Part shown: positions 12,589 to 24,927 of the stretch, piece after piece
Layout of the letters: each line of letters opens with the position of its first letter
How positions within the stretch are numbered: position 1 is the first letter of the stretch
Source of the DNA: Tricharina praecox
Lineage: Eukaryota
Reading direction: 5' to 3'
Length of the DNA stretch: 64,000 nt
Assembly (NCBI RefSeq): GCF_024521635.1
Contig: NW_026250403.1
Location: 2,418,001-2,482,000 of the forward strand
The notes under the pieces: generated by a model
Databases searched by the model: none
Told to the model about the DNA's origin: nothing
What the model saw: only the letters and a program-made list of their open reading frames with translations
Translations under genes and position numbers: made by a program

Positions 12589-14100
12589 ATTGACTGGGGT
12601 AGGTAGGATAGCGAGGAAACTGTTGTGAGTTGATGGTTTGTATTGGTCTTGAAGGCGGATTGCTGGCTGGATGAGGATCTAGATAGAAATCAGGAGGATA
12701 GGCTCGTCCTTTATACACAATTTTCCTGTATGCAGACGAAGCTTCAAGCGTTTCTAGTAGGCTTGGCTAACAGCCGCTCCGCCAAACGAAATCCGGTACT
12801 TTGGGCCACATGGTGGCGGTCTGGCGGGCTTGGACTGTGGCGGACATGAACTGTGGCGGGCTTGCGATCGTTGTCAACTGATGGTGCCGTTTCACGTTTG
12901 TTCTAGAATATTGGTCGCGTCCGTCATGTCAGACGCGATCTCCGCTTCCTTCCTAGTTGCGGACTGGCGTGTAAAAAGAACAATCGCAAGACTTTCCATG
13001 CGGGATGTGCATAAGTAAGGTGACAGTCTTACGAGCTGTCGGCCACCAACAACTAATAATAGTTGAGGCTAAGTGGGCTTCATATGGAGACCCGCGCGGA
13101 AAACGGGGCGTGTAACTTGGCGATTGTCCCCTCGAGAGAATCTAGTAAGCGAGTCAGATGCTGTGATGCCCCGCTTATGTGCACTTCATGCTCACTCACC
13201 ATTGAGATCGGCGGTTGCAGCGGGAACCGGGACGGTTTTCAGTTACTACTGCGCATAGAATCACGTGATGATGCTGTGAAAATGCTCATCGATGACCAAC
13301 TCGACAGGAATAGCCTCACTCTTCTCCCAGATCTCGGAGCAATGGTGACTGTTCTTGCGGTGGCGCATGTTTGTAGTGGAGCCCAAGACCGGGTTTCCTA
13401 CTGTCCTAGTCGAAAGGAGATAGATAAAGGATAGATGGATCTGCCAGTCAACTCTTAAGGGAGTGAAACAGGACCGCAGACGGGAAAGAGCCTTGTAGGT
13501 ATGTAATCTGAGGCTTCTGGATCCATCATCTGCTACATACATACTCGCATGTTGCCATCCCGAATCGAATCAAATACTGTGCTTCATGTATGATGTCCGA
13601 CGATCGCGGTTGTTCCTGAGCCGCCTCAAGCTCGGCAGTGCGGGACCCCGAAGGACGGTGTAGGGCAGAAACATGAGTACGCACGTTCAAGCCACGGAAA
13701 CGCCTCTGGAATCGGTGCGGTCACCGGTACCATGTGAGATACATCATGCCGCTCGGAGTAACCGCTCACTTGGAGCTAGCGTATCCATCCGGCCATGGTG
13801 CGTGCTGCAATACATACATAGCCGGGGGTTTGCCGGCCCTCTGTCTGTCTTTCTCTAGGCCTTCAAGGTTCTGAGGACCTAGGAGCGAGATCGAGTCCTG
13901 CTGGAGGTGTAGATCTGCTGCTGCGGGGCTTCAATTCAATTCTGATTCCTGCATCTTTCCCAGACCTGCAGTGCGCCAAAACTGTCGAAGGCTCGGTGTA
14001 AAGCAGGAGCGAAGAGTACAGCTCGTTACCAAGCGGCGGGCGAAAAGTTCGTTGTGAAGACGAGATGAAAAGTTGAGAGGCTATGATGCGAAATCCTAAA

Positions 14101-14277
14101 GGTGGGGCCGGAACGAGGCTGTGGTACGCAATGTGGAGCCGGAGCAAGGCTACAGTACATCGCGAAAGGTGCGTCGGGGCGAGGCTGTGGTGCGAATGGC
14201 GGTGCCGGTGCAGGTGGGGCCGGAACAAGGCTGCAATACCGTACATTATGTACGCAACGTGGGGCCGGAGCACGGCC
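14101..14277 (+). repeat. Degenerate minisatellite (gtggggccggaac/gcaaggctg core, ~4 copies)
   Basis: Recurring gtgg(g/a)gccgga(a/g)c motif visible in the sequence. Confidence 0.6.
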
Positions 14278-14652
14278 ATACCTTTATGTATAAACCAAAA
14301 ATGATCACATCACGAGCCTAGTGGCTGGGATATATGGTTGTGTATGCACGCTCTGTTACCTATTTGGAGGTCCCTGTGCACACTCTTCAAACACCGGTGC
14401 CAGCAGCCCATAGCCCATAGGTAGCCAGCAAGAACGCAAGTATTCATAATGCCTCAGAGATCATCGTCACACCGGAGGGGGATGAAGAGGGCGGGGGATG
14501 TTGTTCAAAACGACAACGTCGATGCTAGTACACATCAGACGGAGGGTGGAGATCCAGCTACCAAAGAAGTCCGACGCAGAAGTGGTCCGTGCAATCGCAG
14601 AGAAAGAACCGCTAGATTATAGTGCTCTCAGACACATACGTCGTCTACTATT

Positions 14653-14737
14653 TCCGAGTGTCCGGGTGTCCGAAAGTCCGAGTATCCGATAGTCCGGCGA
14701 GTCAGGGGGTCCGAGTCCGATTCCGAATCCGAATCCG
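14653..14737 (+). repeat. Phased TCCG array (6 copies at 8-bp period, then 5 at 6-bp period)
   Basis: TCCG at 14653, 14661, 14669, 14677, 14685, 14693, 14710, 14716, 14722, 14728, 14734. Confidence 0.75.
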
Positions 14738-15347
14738 CATCTGAACTCCTCCTCCGTCATCGCGATTGTGCCACAGCGGGTGCAACGGGTATGTACCTAA
14801 ATACATAGCGAATACATACCCACCCCTCAACATTCTCCTCCCCTCCACCCCTCCACCCCTTCACCATCTCCACCACCTCCATGGAGCGGAGGAGTGAACA
14901 TATTGTTCCACCTATCAGTACCTATACATAGTGGTGGTTGCTGTCGATCCCGAGAGGGGGCCCGGCGGGGCGGTGAGGGGGTCGTCAATTTTATTTCGCA
15001 AGCTGCCTCTCTACATACTAGGTAGTCGGCTGTGGCGAGCGCTTCAAGGAAGCCGAAACATTTCTTTCGAGCTCCTCACGGTGGTCACCGGCGCCTGGGA
15101 GACGGGCAGAGATTTCTCCACGGCGTCATGCGAGCTCACTCTGCTTGGCACATATGGATTAGCGCTATCACGTGAATTCATTGGTTCTCGCAGCGGACAA
15201 GTTTGGGAGGAGTGAGTAGAACCGCAAGTCGAAACAGAACATAAATTGACTAGTTGTAGTCTATGTATTCCGTGATCTCCTTCGCCCATGATAAAGAAAC
15301 CCACCAAAAACAACAGTTATAACACCAAAAATCATGAACTCATCGAA

Positions 15348-18300
15348 TCAGATCGCCGCCTTTGCTGTCCTCAGACTCTCCAGCACAATACCCAAGCCCT
15401 CCCCCATCCTCCAGACTCTACTAATTTCCCTCATCGTCTCCGTCGCCGCCTTCAATACTCTCTCAGGACACGTACAGATATTCCCGACCCCCGCCAGGAC
15501 GATCCTCCTATCGCCGCCACTCTCAATCCACTGCGCCGCGTCCTCGTCCAGATCGATATCGAGTCTCAGCGTCCCGCCCTCGCCCACTCCCCCCTCAAGG
15601 CCCTCCAGGTTCGACACCGACGAGGTTTCGCTCGCTCCCTCGCCCCCGCCGGTATACTTTCCATATGCCCAGAGGATCAGCGCGGCGTACAGCAGCAGGA
15701 TCGACTCGTGGAAGCCACGCCCGGGATAGCGGCGGATCAGCTGGAATACCCGGCCAGCGTGGATTACGGCGACCCGCGCATCGCGACATGTCTCGGGACT
15801 CTGTATCCATTTCGCCAGTTCCCGCCGTGCTTCTATGAGTGCTGAGGAGGTGGCGTGGAGGCCGGCGGACGTGTAGAGTGTGCGAAGCGGGGTGTAGAGG
15901 AATATGTGCGTCATGGAGATTGAGACTGCATTGTGTACCGATAGAGATGAGTCGACTTGCAGGGAAAAGCATTGGCTGAGAATCGTGAGACATGCGTCGG
16001 CTTCCAGGCGCCAGAGTTGGTTGCCGTTCGCCGTCGGTGGTGGTCGCCTATATGCGTGGGTATGATACTGCTTTGCGTCCCACGCGGTGCGGAAGACGGC
16101 ATGGACTAGCACAGACTTGACAAATTCACCACTGCGACGTATTCCCGTATCGTTACCAGCATAAAGGGAGGTCAGAGCCTCTTTGAAGGTCGGTGCAGGT
16201 GGGGGTCCTGGGATAACTTAGTATGGGCTCATACGGAGATAATAGAGGTATACCTTTTCCTCGTGAGGGCACAAAGAGATTTCTCCACGCGGACGCAGTC
16301 GGGGCATCCCAGAGCGGTTCATCTGACGGAAGTCGACTCTGCATCTCTACCATATTCAGCAGCGGTTGGACATCCGAATGCAGGGCGTATTCGCAGTCGA
16401 GTAACCATATCGCATATCCCGCACGCCGCCGTTGTTCGTCCATGACCCATATCCGCCACTTCTTTTCCAACGTCATATCCGCCGTGAGTTCCTCGACATT
16501 GATGGTATCCTTGAAGCATCGTTTCCGACGTCCCACCGTTACTGGCGCGTTTCGACTTGTCTGCCCGACCTCGACGTGCTTCTTGCTCCCGGAATAAACC
16601 ATGTTGAAGTGATCCAACGTGAAGGTCTGCACCAGCCACAGCTTGCGGACAACGCAGGAATCGTGTTCCAACTGCAAAATAGCCGTTAGTACAAAACACA
16701 CCACGGCGTCACGGGCAAGCTTATGTACCGTCAACTGTATACTCCGTCTCAACAGTTCCTGAAGCGCAATTCCACATGCCACCGCACCCTCCACACGGGA
16801 ATATCTTGCCCCAACCGACGCCACAGCTAGCACCAAGATCCAGTGTGTGGAATCTGCAGTCGGATCGAAAGTTGGCTTGTGTAAGAACGGAAGGAGTGGG
16901 TGGAAATATTCCCAATAAAGCTGAATGAAAGCGTTCAACACGTTGAGCGGTGGTATGACTGCATCCGAGATGGGTGTCCAGGTATATGAAGATTGTGTGA
17001 TCTTCAACGCCTTCTCCAACTGATCACGGAACCCCTGACCGACCGGTGGTACGTGTGCAAGGTCTTCCTCCTCGTTGAAGAGCTCGTCGACGTCTGGCGG
17101 CATCAGAGGGAAGGAAATATGTCCATCGGAAAGTCTGGGCTCGGACCAGTCGGTACTGCACATCCTCGATGCTTCGGTAGCGGGAGATGCTGCTCGGGAG
17201 AATGCGATAGAAGGACTCGGTGAAGCCGGAAGATTCGTCCTCTCAACCATATCATCACTTTCTGGCCCGGTTGAATATCTCGACCCGCCCTCGGTGCTCG
17301 AAACCGACGAGCTCTGATTCTGCTCGCTTTTTTGGTGGTGGTGGTGATAGTGACTATGGTGTTGCTGATGCGCCGGCGGCTGGGGCTGGTGCGCCTGCAT
17401 TGGTTCTTCGAAGGTGGGAGGAGGCAAACTCCGAGGCGTCAGATTTGACAGCGTGCCCTCAGCCCCGGGGGTTGGAACGTAGAACCCTATGCTTCCCATC
17501 GAGTTGTCCGCATGGAGGAGATCGTGGGTATCCACAGATGCCCGCAGAATATCGTCGCTCATCGTTGTGTCCCCACCCACCGTAGTCCAATCTAGAAGAA
17601 AGTCCAACGGTTCCAACTCCTCCTGGAATAGTGCTTCTAAGTCGGCGAACGAAGAATCCGTCATGCCACTTCCGGGAGTGAAACTAGTAGCCAAGCTGTT
17701 ATGCTGCTGATTGGGATACGGCTCGAATAGCTGCTCCAGTTCGGATAACGGCGGCGCATCATGCATCTGCTGGTCGATTGCCCGTGGAAGGATAAGCCCT
17801 AGTTGGGCGCTTCTCATTCCATGATCGGAATTGTCGCTCTCGTGCTCACTGTCGTTAACTCTTCCAGGATTCTGCAGCATCATGTCCGGATTTACCGCGC
17901 CTCCAAGTTCGTCCATGGTGTTTCCATTATTGTTTTCTAGTCGTGATACCAGCCTGTCGTTAGGATTCACGGTTCGGAGGATACGGTCCGGGGTGATTCT
18001 CATGTTGCCATAGTACTGGGAGCCAAAGCCAGAACCAGAGCCAGCCGCGGCTGGTACCCCTCCAGGGGAATACATGGAAGCGTTGCCCGGGTTTGAGCGG
18101 CGGCGTCTCGGTAGACGTTCGTGGTACTCACAGCCTACTTTCCGGTCTTTGCATCGGAAACACGGAGTTCTTCCGTCGCAGCGAACCTATCGATCCCAGT
18201 CAGCTACACGGACCCGCTAGAAGGTTTTTTTTTGACCGGGGGTGTAGCTTTCTCATTGTTATACCTTACTTCTGAAACAATTGTGACATGCTTGCTGAAC

Positions 18301-18985
18301 CCGTGCGGCATTGCTTCTCTGCTTGGCCTTCTTGGTGCCACCGCCTTCATGATTAGGGCCCGGGTGGATGGTGAGATGCCTATTGAGGGTGTCGCTGTGG
18401 AAGATGGGTTAACCATTAAGATGCACCGTGCAAGACATTCTGCCGTTGCCATCTGTAGGCGATGTATGGAGAGGTATCGAAGGGATTGGGTTGGTGTGGC
18501 ATGGCATGGTATGGTACATACCTTCGAGAGAATCTCTTCCCGCAGTGAGGGCAGGCGAATGGTTTCTCGGCGGTGTGGCAGCGTATGTGTCGGGTGAGAT
18601 GCTAAACCGAAGCCCAGCCGATCACATCGGCAACAGTTATTCTCAAAGGACTGGAAAGGAGGAAAGCGGGGCAGCATGCCTCTTGGCGACCGAACGTATC
18701 TCCGCAGATGCCGCAGGTGATTCCGGGAGCGATGACGGGCAGGGTAGGTCGGGTATTCGCGTTGGTGGCGGGCGGCGCCGGACTTCTCTCGGTAATCGGA
18801 CGGCCGAGTTCGATTGCGGCCGCGAAGGGACTATTGCTCGGAATCCGGAATTGCACTTCGTCGTGCACGTTGGCTGTACATGATGTATGGCTGGCAGGTG
18901 ATTTTTCCGCCTCCCCCTCCTCCCCCTCCTCCTGCTTGCCTCCCGTTATCGTAGCTTCCGGTCGAGAATCGGTATGGAACAACAT
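15348..18985 (-). CDS. Transcription factor with two C2H2 fingers, a Zn(II)2Cys6 cluster and a fungal-specific TF domain (Cmr1/Amr1-type architecture), multi-exon
   Basis: Spliced translation gives [49 protein letters not shown] and [28 protein letters not shown]. Downstream [21 protein letters not shown] and [16 protein letters not shown]. The start codon is uncertain. Confidence 0.9.
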
Positions 18986-21274
18986 GGTCGCAACGTGCCG
19001 CAGATCCAGCTTGCTCCACAGGTCCGGATGTGGGGGTGATGGGTATTTACATCTTTGCTGCCAGATTACTGCGTAGGAAGGTGCCGTGGAGGTGGGGAGC
19101 TGCGGCCGTTGAGGCCGAATGCCAAAGCCAGAGGCGGTAAGATTTGAGACACTGCTGTATGTAAGTAGATATGTCCGATATGTGCTCTGGACGTGTGTAG
19201 GGGTTGGGGCTTCCTTGTCGAGGCGCGTGCTTTGGCCGAGGTCGCGGAGACCAGCAAGACGGCCAGAGACTGACTGACCAGCACCGTGCTGCTATTGGTG
19301 GATTCTTGTACGTCGGAGGCATCACGGCATCACATCCATGTTGCATGCTGTGAGTGCGGCCGGCGTCATGCGGAACGGCCAACGCGCGAGCATCGCATCG
19401 CATCTAGAGTGGAGTAGAGTATATGTATGTATTTGCATAGTGCTTCTCCACACGTCTAGCTCGCTTCCCCGCATGTCCCACTTCCAAAGGCTGTTGCCGG
19501 ATCCATACATATCCACATCCACGCGATCCGTGACGCGGACGATCGCCCGCCGCGGCGGTCCCCAACCAGGTTCACGAATAGAGTGTGTCCGACGCATACA
19601 TACTAGGTAGACTACTACTAATGGGGTCGGGCCTTTTCGCATGGCGGCTCACTCAGCCCAGACTTTCTGGCCTCGGCCCTTCGTTTTCAGCCCCAACCCC
19701 AAACGTCTACCCCAAACGTCTACATGCTATATTGTCGGACTAATTCCGTCCCACGTGGAATCGGCGGTTGAAGATGTTCCGGCCGCCGACTCCGACCCTG
19801 GCCATAGTTACCAAGGCATAAGTCCCGACCCCGGCCATACTTAGACCTAGGTCCCGACCTCCGCGCGCCGACGTCAAACCATACCCTTCCTCCTCCCTCT
19901 TTCTTTCTTTCTGCTACACACCTTTTGTCTTGTTACCGAATAGTTACTCAACGGCGTACTTGCTTGCCGACGTATGTACTACATACCAGGTATGTACAGA
20001 TTTGAGTATTCTGTCTTGTATCGTATTTGCCTACTGTGTATACGATCAATCAAAGGGGGCAGGATCTGTGGTGGCGATATGGCACTGAAAACGGTCGTAT
20101 TTCTTGGAAAATACCTACTGGAGAGGTGCTTCGGTAGCGCTCTGTTTTTACATCACCATCGCGGCCAAAATGCTTATCCACCATCCACTATGTTGTAGAA
20201 ACAATCGACCATGCGTGGATCAGGTACCATATCGATACTGTATCCTACCCCACCTTGATTATACAGTAGCCACTAAACACCCGAGTATGTACGCCCCTTC
20301 AGGCCTCCAAGGAGCAGTGTCTTAGATCGGACATTAATTTAGAGCTTGATAGACAGCAACTCCTAGCTTATATTCTATCTGCCTAATCAATGGATATCGA
20401 TTGGATCTATCGATACACCCCGGCGTTTTAGTGATAGGTATCGCGTAGAAACCCATCAGGGCAAGCCAGGGCGGAGGTACATACATTTTACATATGATCA
20501 TACATGTCTGAGAGTGATTCCACACCCTTGACTCCGCTAGGTACCTATCATACTGACTCTGCTGCAACCTCAGAGTTGTTACATACATCACGTTGACTCG
20601 CAGGCTTGAGTGTATGTACTCGTGTCTCTGCCCCGGCCATAAGTGGCCGAGCTCCAGACTTCCAGTGAGCGAAAGCCCCCCCTACCCCGGGGTCGCCGCA
20701 CTGCCGAGCTTGAGGCGGCTCAGGAACAACCGTGATCGCCGGACATCATACATGAAGCACAGTATTTGATTCGGGATGGCAATATGCGAGTATGTAGCAG
20801 ATGATAGTTCTAGAAGCCTCAGATTACCTACGCCGCACCTTCTCGCGGCTTCAGTCGCGTTTCCAAGTTTCACTCCCTTGACTGGCATATCCATCGACCA
20901 TTTATCTTGATTCTCCTTTCGACGAGGACAGGAGGAAGCCCGGTCTTGCGCTCCACTGCAGACATGAGCCACCGCAAGAACTCAAGCCTGTTGCCATTCC
21001 CGCTGCAACCGCCGATCTCAATGGTGAGTGAGCATGAAGTGCACATAAGCGGTGCATCACAGCATTTGACTCGGTTACTAGATGCTCAAAAAAAACAGTA
21101 TTGGTCGCGGTTAATTAGTGTGAAAGGCTTTTAGAAGGGTGTGAGGAAGGGGTAGAACCGCGCGTGTCTCCATATGAAGCCCGCTTAACCTTAGCTATTA
21201 TTAGTTGTTGGTTGCCGACAACTCGTAGGACTGTCGTCTTACTTATGCACATCCCGCTTATAGAAAGTCTTGCT

Positions 21275-21553
21275 ATTGTTCTTTTTAACCGCGAGTCCGC
21301 GACTGGGAGGGAAGCGGAGGTCGTGTATGACATGACGGACACGACCAATATTCTAGCACAGACTTGAAACGGCACCATCAATTGGACAACAATCGCAAGC
21401 CCGCCACAGTTCATGCCTACCACAGTCCAAGACCGCCAGACCGCCGCCATATGGTCCAAAGTACCGGATTTCCTTTGGCCGAGCGGCTGTTGGCAAAGCC
21501 TAGATTCTAGAAACGCTGAAGGTTCGTCTGGAAAGAGGAAAATTGTGTATAAA
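21275..21553 (+). promoter_or_regulatory. Putative pheromone-gene promoter: HMG-like ATTGTT/AACAAT, PRE-like TGAAACG, CCAAAG-N11-CTTTGG, TATAAA
   Basis: ATTGTT 21275-21280, TGAAACG 21365-21371, AACAAT 21388-21393, CCAAAG 21456-21461 / CTTTGG 21473-21478, TATAAA 21548-21553. TATA and PRE-like motifs are conserved in copies A and C. Confidence 0.5.
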
Positions 21554-21695
21554 GGACGAGTCTATCCTCCTGGTTTCTAGATCCTCATCCAGCCAGCAAT
21601 CATCCGTCTTCAAGACCAATACAATCCACTCACACTCACAACACTTTCCTCGCTATCCTACCTCAGTCGCTATCCTACCTCAGTCAATTATCAAA

Positions 21696-21881
21696 ATGCA
21701 GCCATCCATCCAAATCGTCTCCACTGCTGCCTCCGAGGAATCCAACACTCCCGTTAACAATGGAAACCCCAAGGCCCACTGTTAGTTACCTCTCATCCCT
21801 CCCTCCCTCAATAGTCCCGATCAAATTTCAATAGTAACTGACGACCGATAATACCTAGACCACATGTGCACCATCTGCTAA
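21696..21881 (+). CDS. a-factor-like CAAX pheromone precursor, copy B: MQPSIQIVSTAASEESNTPVNNGNPKAHYHMCTIC (exons 21696-21780, 21859-21881)
   Basis: Start context CAAAATG. 78-nt intron GTTAGT...CTGAC(21838-21842)...TAG(21858), the first AG after the branch point. 35 aa ending in CTIC*. Confidence 0.88.
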
Positions 21882-22241
21882 GTGCTCGCTGGATCCTTAG
21901 TACCTACAGTGCGCCCGATCAGATTCCATCTTCGACTTTTCCTTCTCCACAATCATTCTGTACGATTAACGCTTTTCTTTTCGGGTTTCCAACGACTTTC
22001 GCGGGGTAGACTGTAGTGAGGCAGGAGGTTTTGTCTTTGGGATTATTCGAGCAAGTGGCGGGGATCATGGATGTACCGGTCTGATGGTTTTATGTTGAAG
22101 GGTTATGTGAGACGAAATAACGTACTTTGTCTGTTTTCGTTATGTCACTGTTATGTGTTGTCAGCTCAGCAATGATAGAATTATGACCACCTCTTCATCT
22201 TTCCGATCTTCGTCGAGCGAGTGGCATGACAGGAATAAACA

Positions 22242-22460
22242 CCCATTCACTCTCACGACCACTCACACAGTACGAGTCTCTGCAAAATCCACTCATCAAT
22301 CGTCTGCAACGTCCCATTCACTCTCACGATCACTCACACAGCACGAGTGTCTGCAAAGTGCCACTTACTCTCACGTTCGCTCACCAATGGTCTGCAACGT
22401 CCCATTCACTCTTCCGTCCACTCACTCTGCACGAGTCTTGGCAACGTCCGATTCACTCTG
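22242..22460 (+). repeat. Imperfect tandem array (cccattcactctcacg..cactcacac..cgagt.tctgcaa units)
   Basis: About 5 degenerate units starting exactly where cassette B homology stops. Confidence 0.7.
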
Positions 22461-22675
22461 GCGCGTAGACGAGAAATCCCCGGTGGCATGGAAATCGCTA
22501 CGACCTCGCCCGCAAAAAAGAGGGAAGGTTGGCAATCTAGGTATCTCGAGAATTTCCCGCTTGGAAACGCCTGTCGGCTACCTAAGCTGTTCCTAGGTCT
22601 CTCGAGTTTCCTCATCGTCTCGCTTTCCCTCCCCTCGCCATCGGATCGGTAGGCGTGGAGGTATCTTGATCTTTC

Positions 22676-23200
22676 TAGTGATGGGCCGGACCGGAACAGA
22701 TCTTGTCAGACCGTCCAGTCCGGACTGCAGTCCTGACCGGACTATGTCGAACACTGGAGGTACATATGTAGGGATTTATCATTTCGTTGCAGCTGTGGTT
22801 CATTGCAAAAGTGAGTCGCGGTGATGTTGATATTCGTCCACGATGAGACTTCCCGGTAGAGGAACCGATTATAGTAGCTCATCGCCCAGGTGTTGAGCCG
22901 GGCGGGATTGACTGCAACATCATCCTCTCTCGTTTCGGCGTATCTCCTTAGGTTGGCTGCTGTTGCAGCATCAAATTGCACACGCCTGCTCGTGGGTGGG
23001 CTTCGTATGAAAGTAACAAACTTGGTCGCCACCATCTCACGTTCATCGCTATTCTTTTTTTTTGTTTAATCAGTAATTTCTGGCGCGTTTGTCGCTATTC
23101 CACGCTATGGGAACGTGTTCATGATTACTCACTCGGAGCTCGAATGACTGTGTGTGATGTTAAACAAGTGTTGACACCTTGGAATGTAGCATATTGCCAT
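22676..23200 (-). mobile_element. Degenerate hAT-like transposase remnant with a possible terminus
   Basis: FVTFIRSPPTSRRVQF...DVAVNPARLNTWAM..NRFLYREV..W resembles the hAT IRSS.RR..F...D..TRWNS...M..R motif. TAGTGATGGGCCGGACCGG at 22676 resembles a hAT TIR start. Confidence 0.45.
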
Positions 23201-23904
23201 GACCTAGGTCGCAAACAATTACTGGTTAAATAAAAACAAATCTTGGAATGTAGCGGTGTTTGCTAAAAGGCAAACTTTTGAGTCGCGGCTAGTGCGCTAG
23301 AAGTGATTGCTTGGAATCCACCCACTTCACTTATAAAACCCTCCTTTCCTCCTAACTCTTCCTCCCTTTCTCCTCTCTCCTCCACTCATTAAATTCTTCT
23401 CCTTATTTCTCATCGGGCACTAATTGTTGATTCACGGTACTGACCTAGGATTAGTTTAGTCAACATCAGGTTTTTCAACTACTCAGTAAGTCCTCTCTCT
23501 TTCCTCCACCTCGTCGCAGCTTGATACTTACTTGTCTTCTTTATTCATCAACAGGGCTTAGGTCTTCCGCCGAATACTACCCCTTCCTTTCTTCCACTGG
23601 AGCCCGAGCTCATACCTCGAGGTGTGTCGTTCTTTCTCTCCCCCCCCAACTTTGTATTTCCAGGATAACCTTACAGAGCTGTCCTGCTCAGCCGTAGCAG
23701 CGAGGAACTGAGGGATCCGTGCAACTAGTTTACATAGTAGACTGTTGTAGTCAGAGACGGATCCAACCCTCGAGGCTGAGCAGAAAACATCCAAGGACGG
23801 GATTTTCTCTTGTGCTGCCGGCAGAAGTTCTTTCCCCCTTCCTCCGGGGGTCCAAGTCGGTCAAGACTCGACTTGCCAACTTGCTCGCGTTGGATGGCCC
23901 CTGA

Positions 23905-24248
23905 CGGGGAAGAAAAAAATAAGAAGTATAACTTGGTTTACTATCCCCCCAAGTTATATGCGGAGGTTTTCTTCCTTTGCTGTGAGTCTGTGACAGCAAA
24001 GGTCTTTCCTCCTGGTTATGCATGTGTGAGAGGCAAGCATGGCCAAGGCCACCTCTCCGAAACCCGGGGACAGACGGTTTCGGACGAGCAAATAAAAAAA
24101 CTAAAGAAGTATAACTTGGGCTACTGTTCCCCCCCCCTAAGTTATACGCGTATAACCTAGTTTACTAACCCCCCACGTTATACGCGGAGGTCTTCTTCCT
24201 TTTAAAGTTGAAAGGTCTTTCGTCCGGCCACGTATGAGAGGCATGCAC
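23905..24248. repeat. Local duplication containing three TATAAC-N-GTTATA stem-loop units
   Basis: Hairpins at 23927-23958, 24109-24147 and 24147-24186. Perfect 16-bp palindrome GTTATACGCGTATAAC at 24141-24156. Confidence 0.75.
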
Positions 24249-24517
24249 GTCCATTGGCCAAAATTTTGCTGCTCTGGCCGCTGTGCGAGACAACGACATT
24301 GACTTGGTGCACGGGTTGTCGTTTGGGCAATGGGGAAGTTCGGAGATTGTATGGACAGAAGATGCGGGAGAGAAGGAGAGAGAGAGATTCAGAACAGGAG
24401 ATTGTACTGACTGTCTTGTGTGACAGAGATATGAAAGAGTGGGCAACATGGCCGGTTTATATAGAAAGAAAACATGAGATATAGTGCCATACAGTTCCCG
24501 AGTTACTTGGTAGTATA

Positions 24518-24690
24518 CTGTACTGAGCTTGGTGATAAGCCCATTGCCTGCCACAACGCCGCACTGAGCGATTATCCTGCTGGCACGCTGGTAGTTCACA
24601 GCGGTAGGCATCAAGGATATGGGCAGTGTAGGTCTGCGAAGATCTTCAATTATCACTCGATAGGAAGCTCGATGCAACTTGCGGAGTGGA
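24518..24690 (-). mobile_element. Degenerate LINE RNase H fragment related to those in cassettes A and C
   Basis: gagcttggtgataagcccattgcc...aacgccgcactgagcgattatcctg matches ~11985-12045 and ~35015-35080. Minus frame contains LKIFAD. Confidence 0.5.
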
Positions 24691-24927
24691 GTAGTGCAGG
24701 CTGTTGCCCAGTACATCGATGTTTGATCCTTTACCTATGACATCAGCTTCGTACACCTGAGAGGAAACTTGGGTTTCATGTAACGCAGGCCTCTGTTCCA
24801 TCCCAGTGGGCAGAATTAGCCATCTTTATTGCCCATACTTGTACAAGGTATGTATGCTGGGGTCTTTACATCCACCACGGTGGATCAAAAGTCATGACTC
24901 GCTTAATTCAATCTTCAATTCACTCCT

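Larger units (their letters stand above)
11710..13695 (-). repeat. Pheromone cassette copy A (segmental duplicate)
   Basis: Direct repeat of ~34300-36695 and inverted repeat of ~20600-22240. 12044-12489 reads identical to 35077-35522. Confidence 0.92.
20600..22240 (+). repeat. Pheromone cassette copy B (inverted relative to A and C)
   Basis: Reverse complement aligns with ~12035-13695 and ~35065-36690. Confidence 0.92.

Noticed and set aside
21543-21785. ORF-track 80-aa ORF (and 12461-12718, 35551-35973) as the real products
   Set aside because: Non-ATG starts at or upstream of the TATA box and frames not conserved among copies; only the spliced MQPS...CTIC frame is conserved.
22242-22460. 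CRISPR-like repeat array
   Set aside because: Units are degenerate tandem copies without unique spacers; eukaryotic context and no cas genes.
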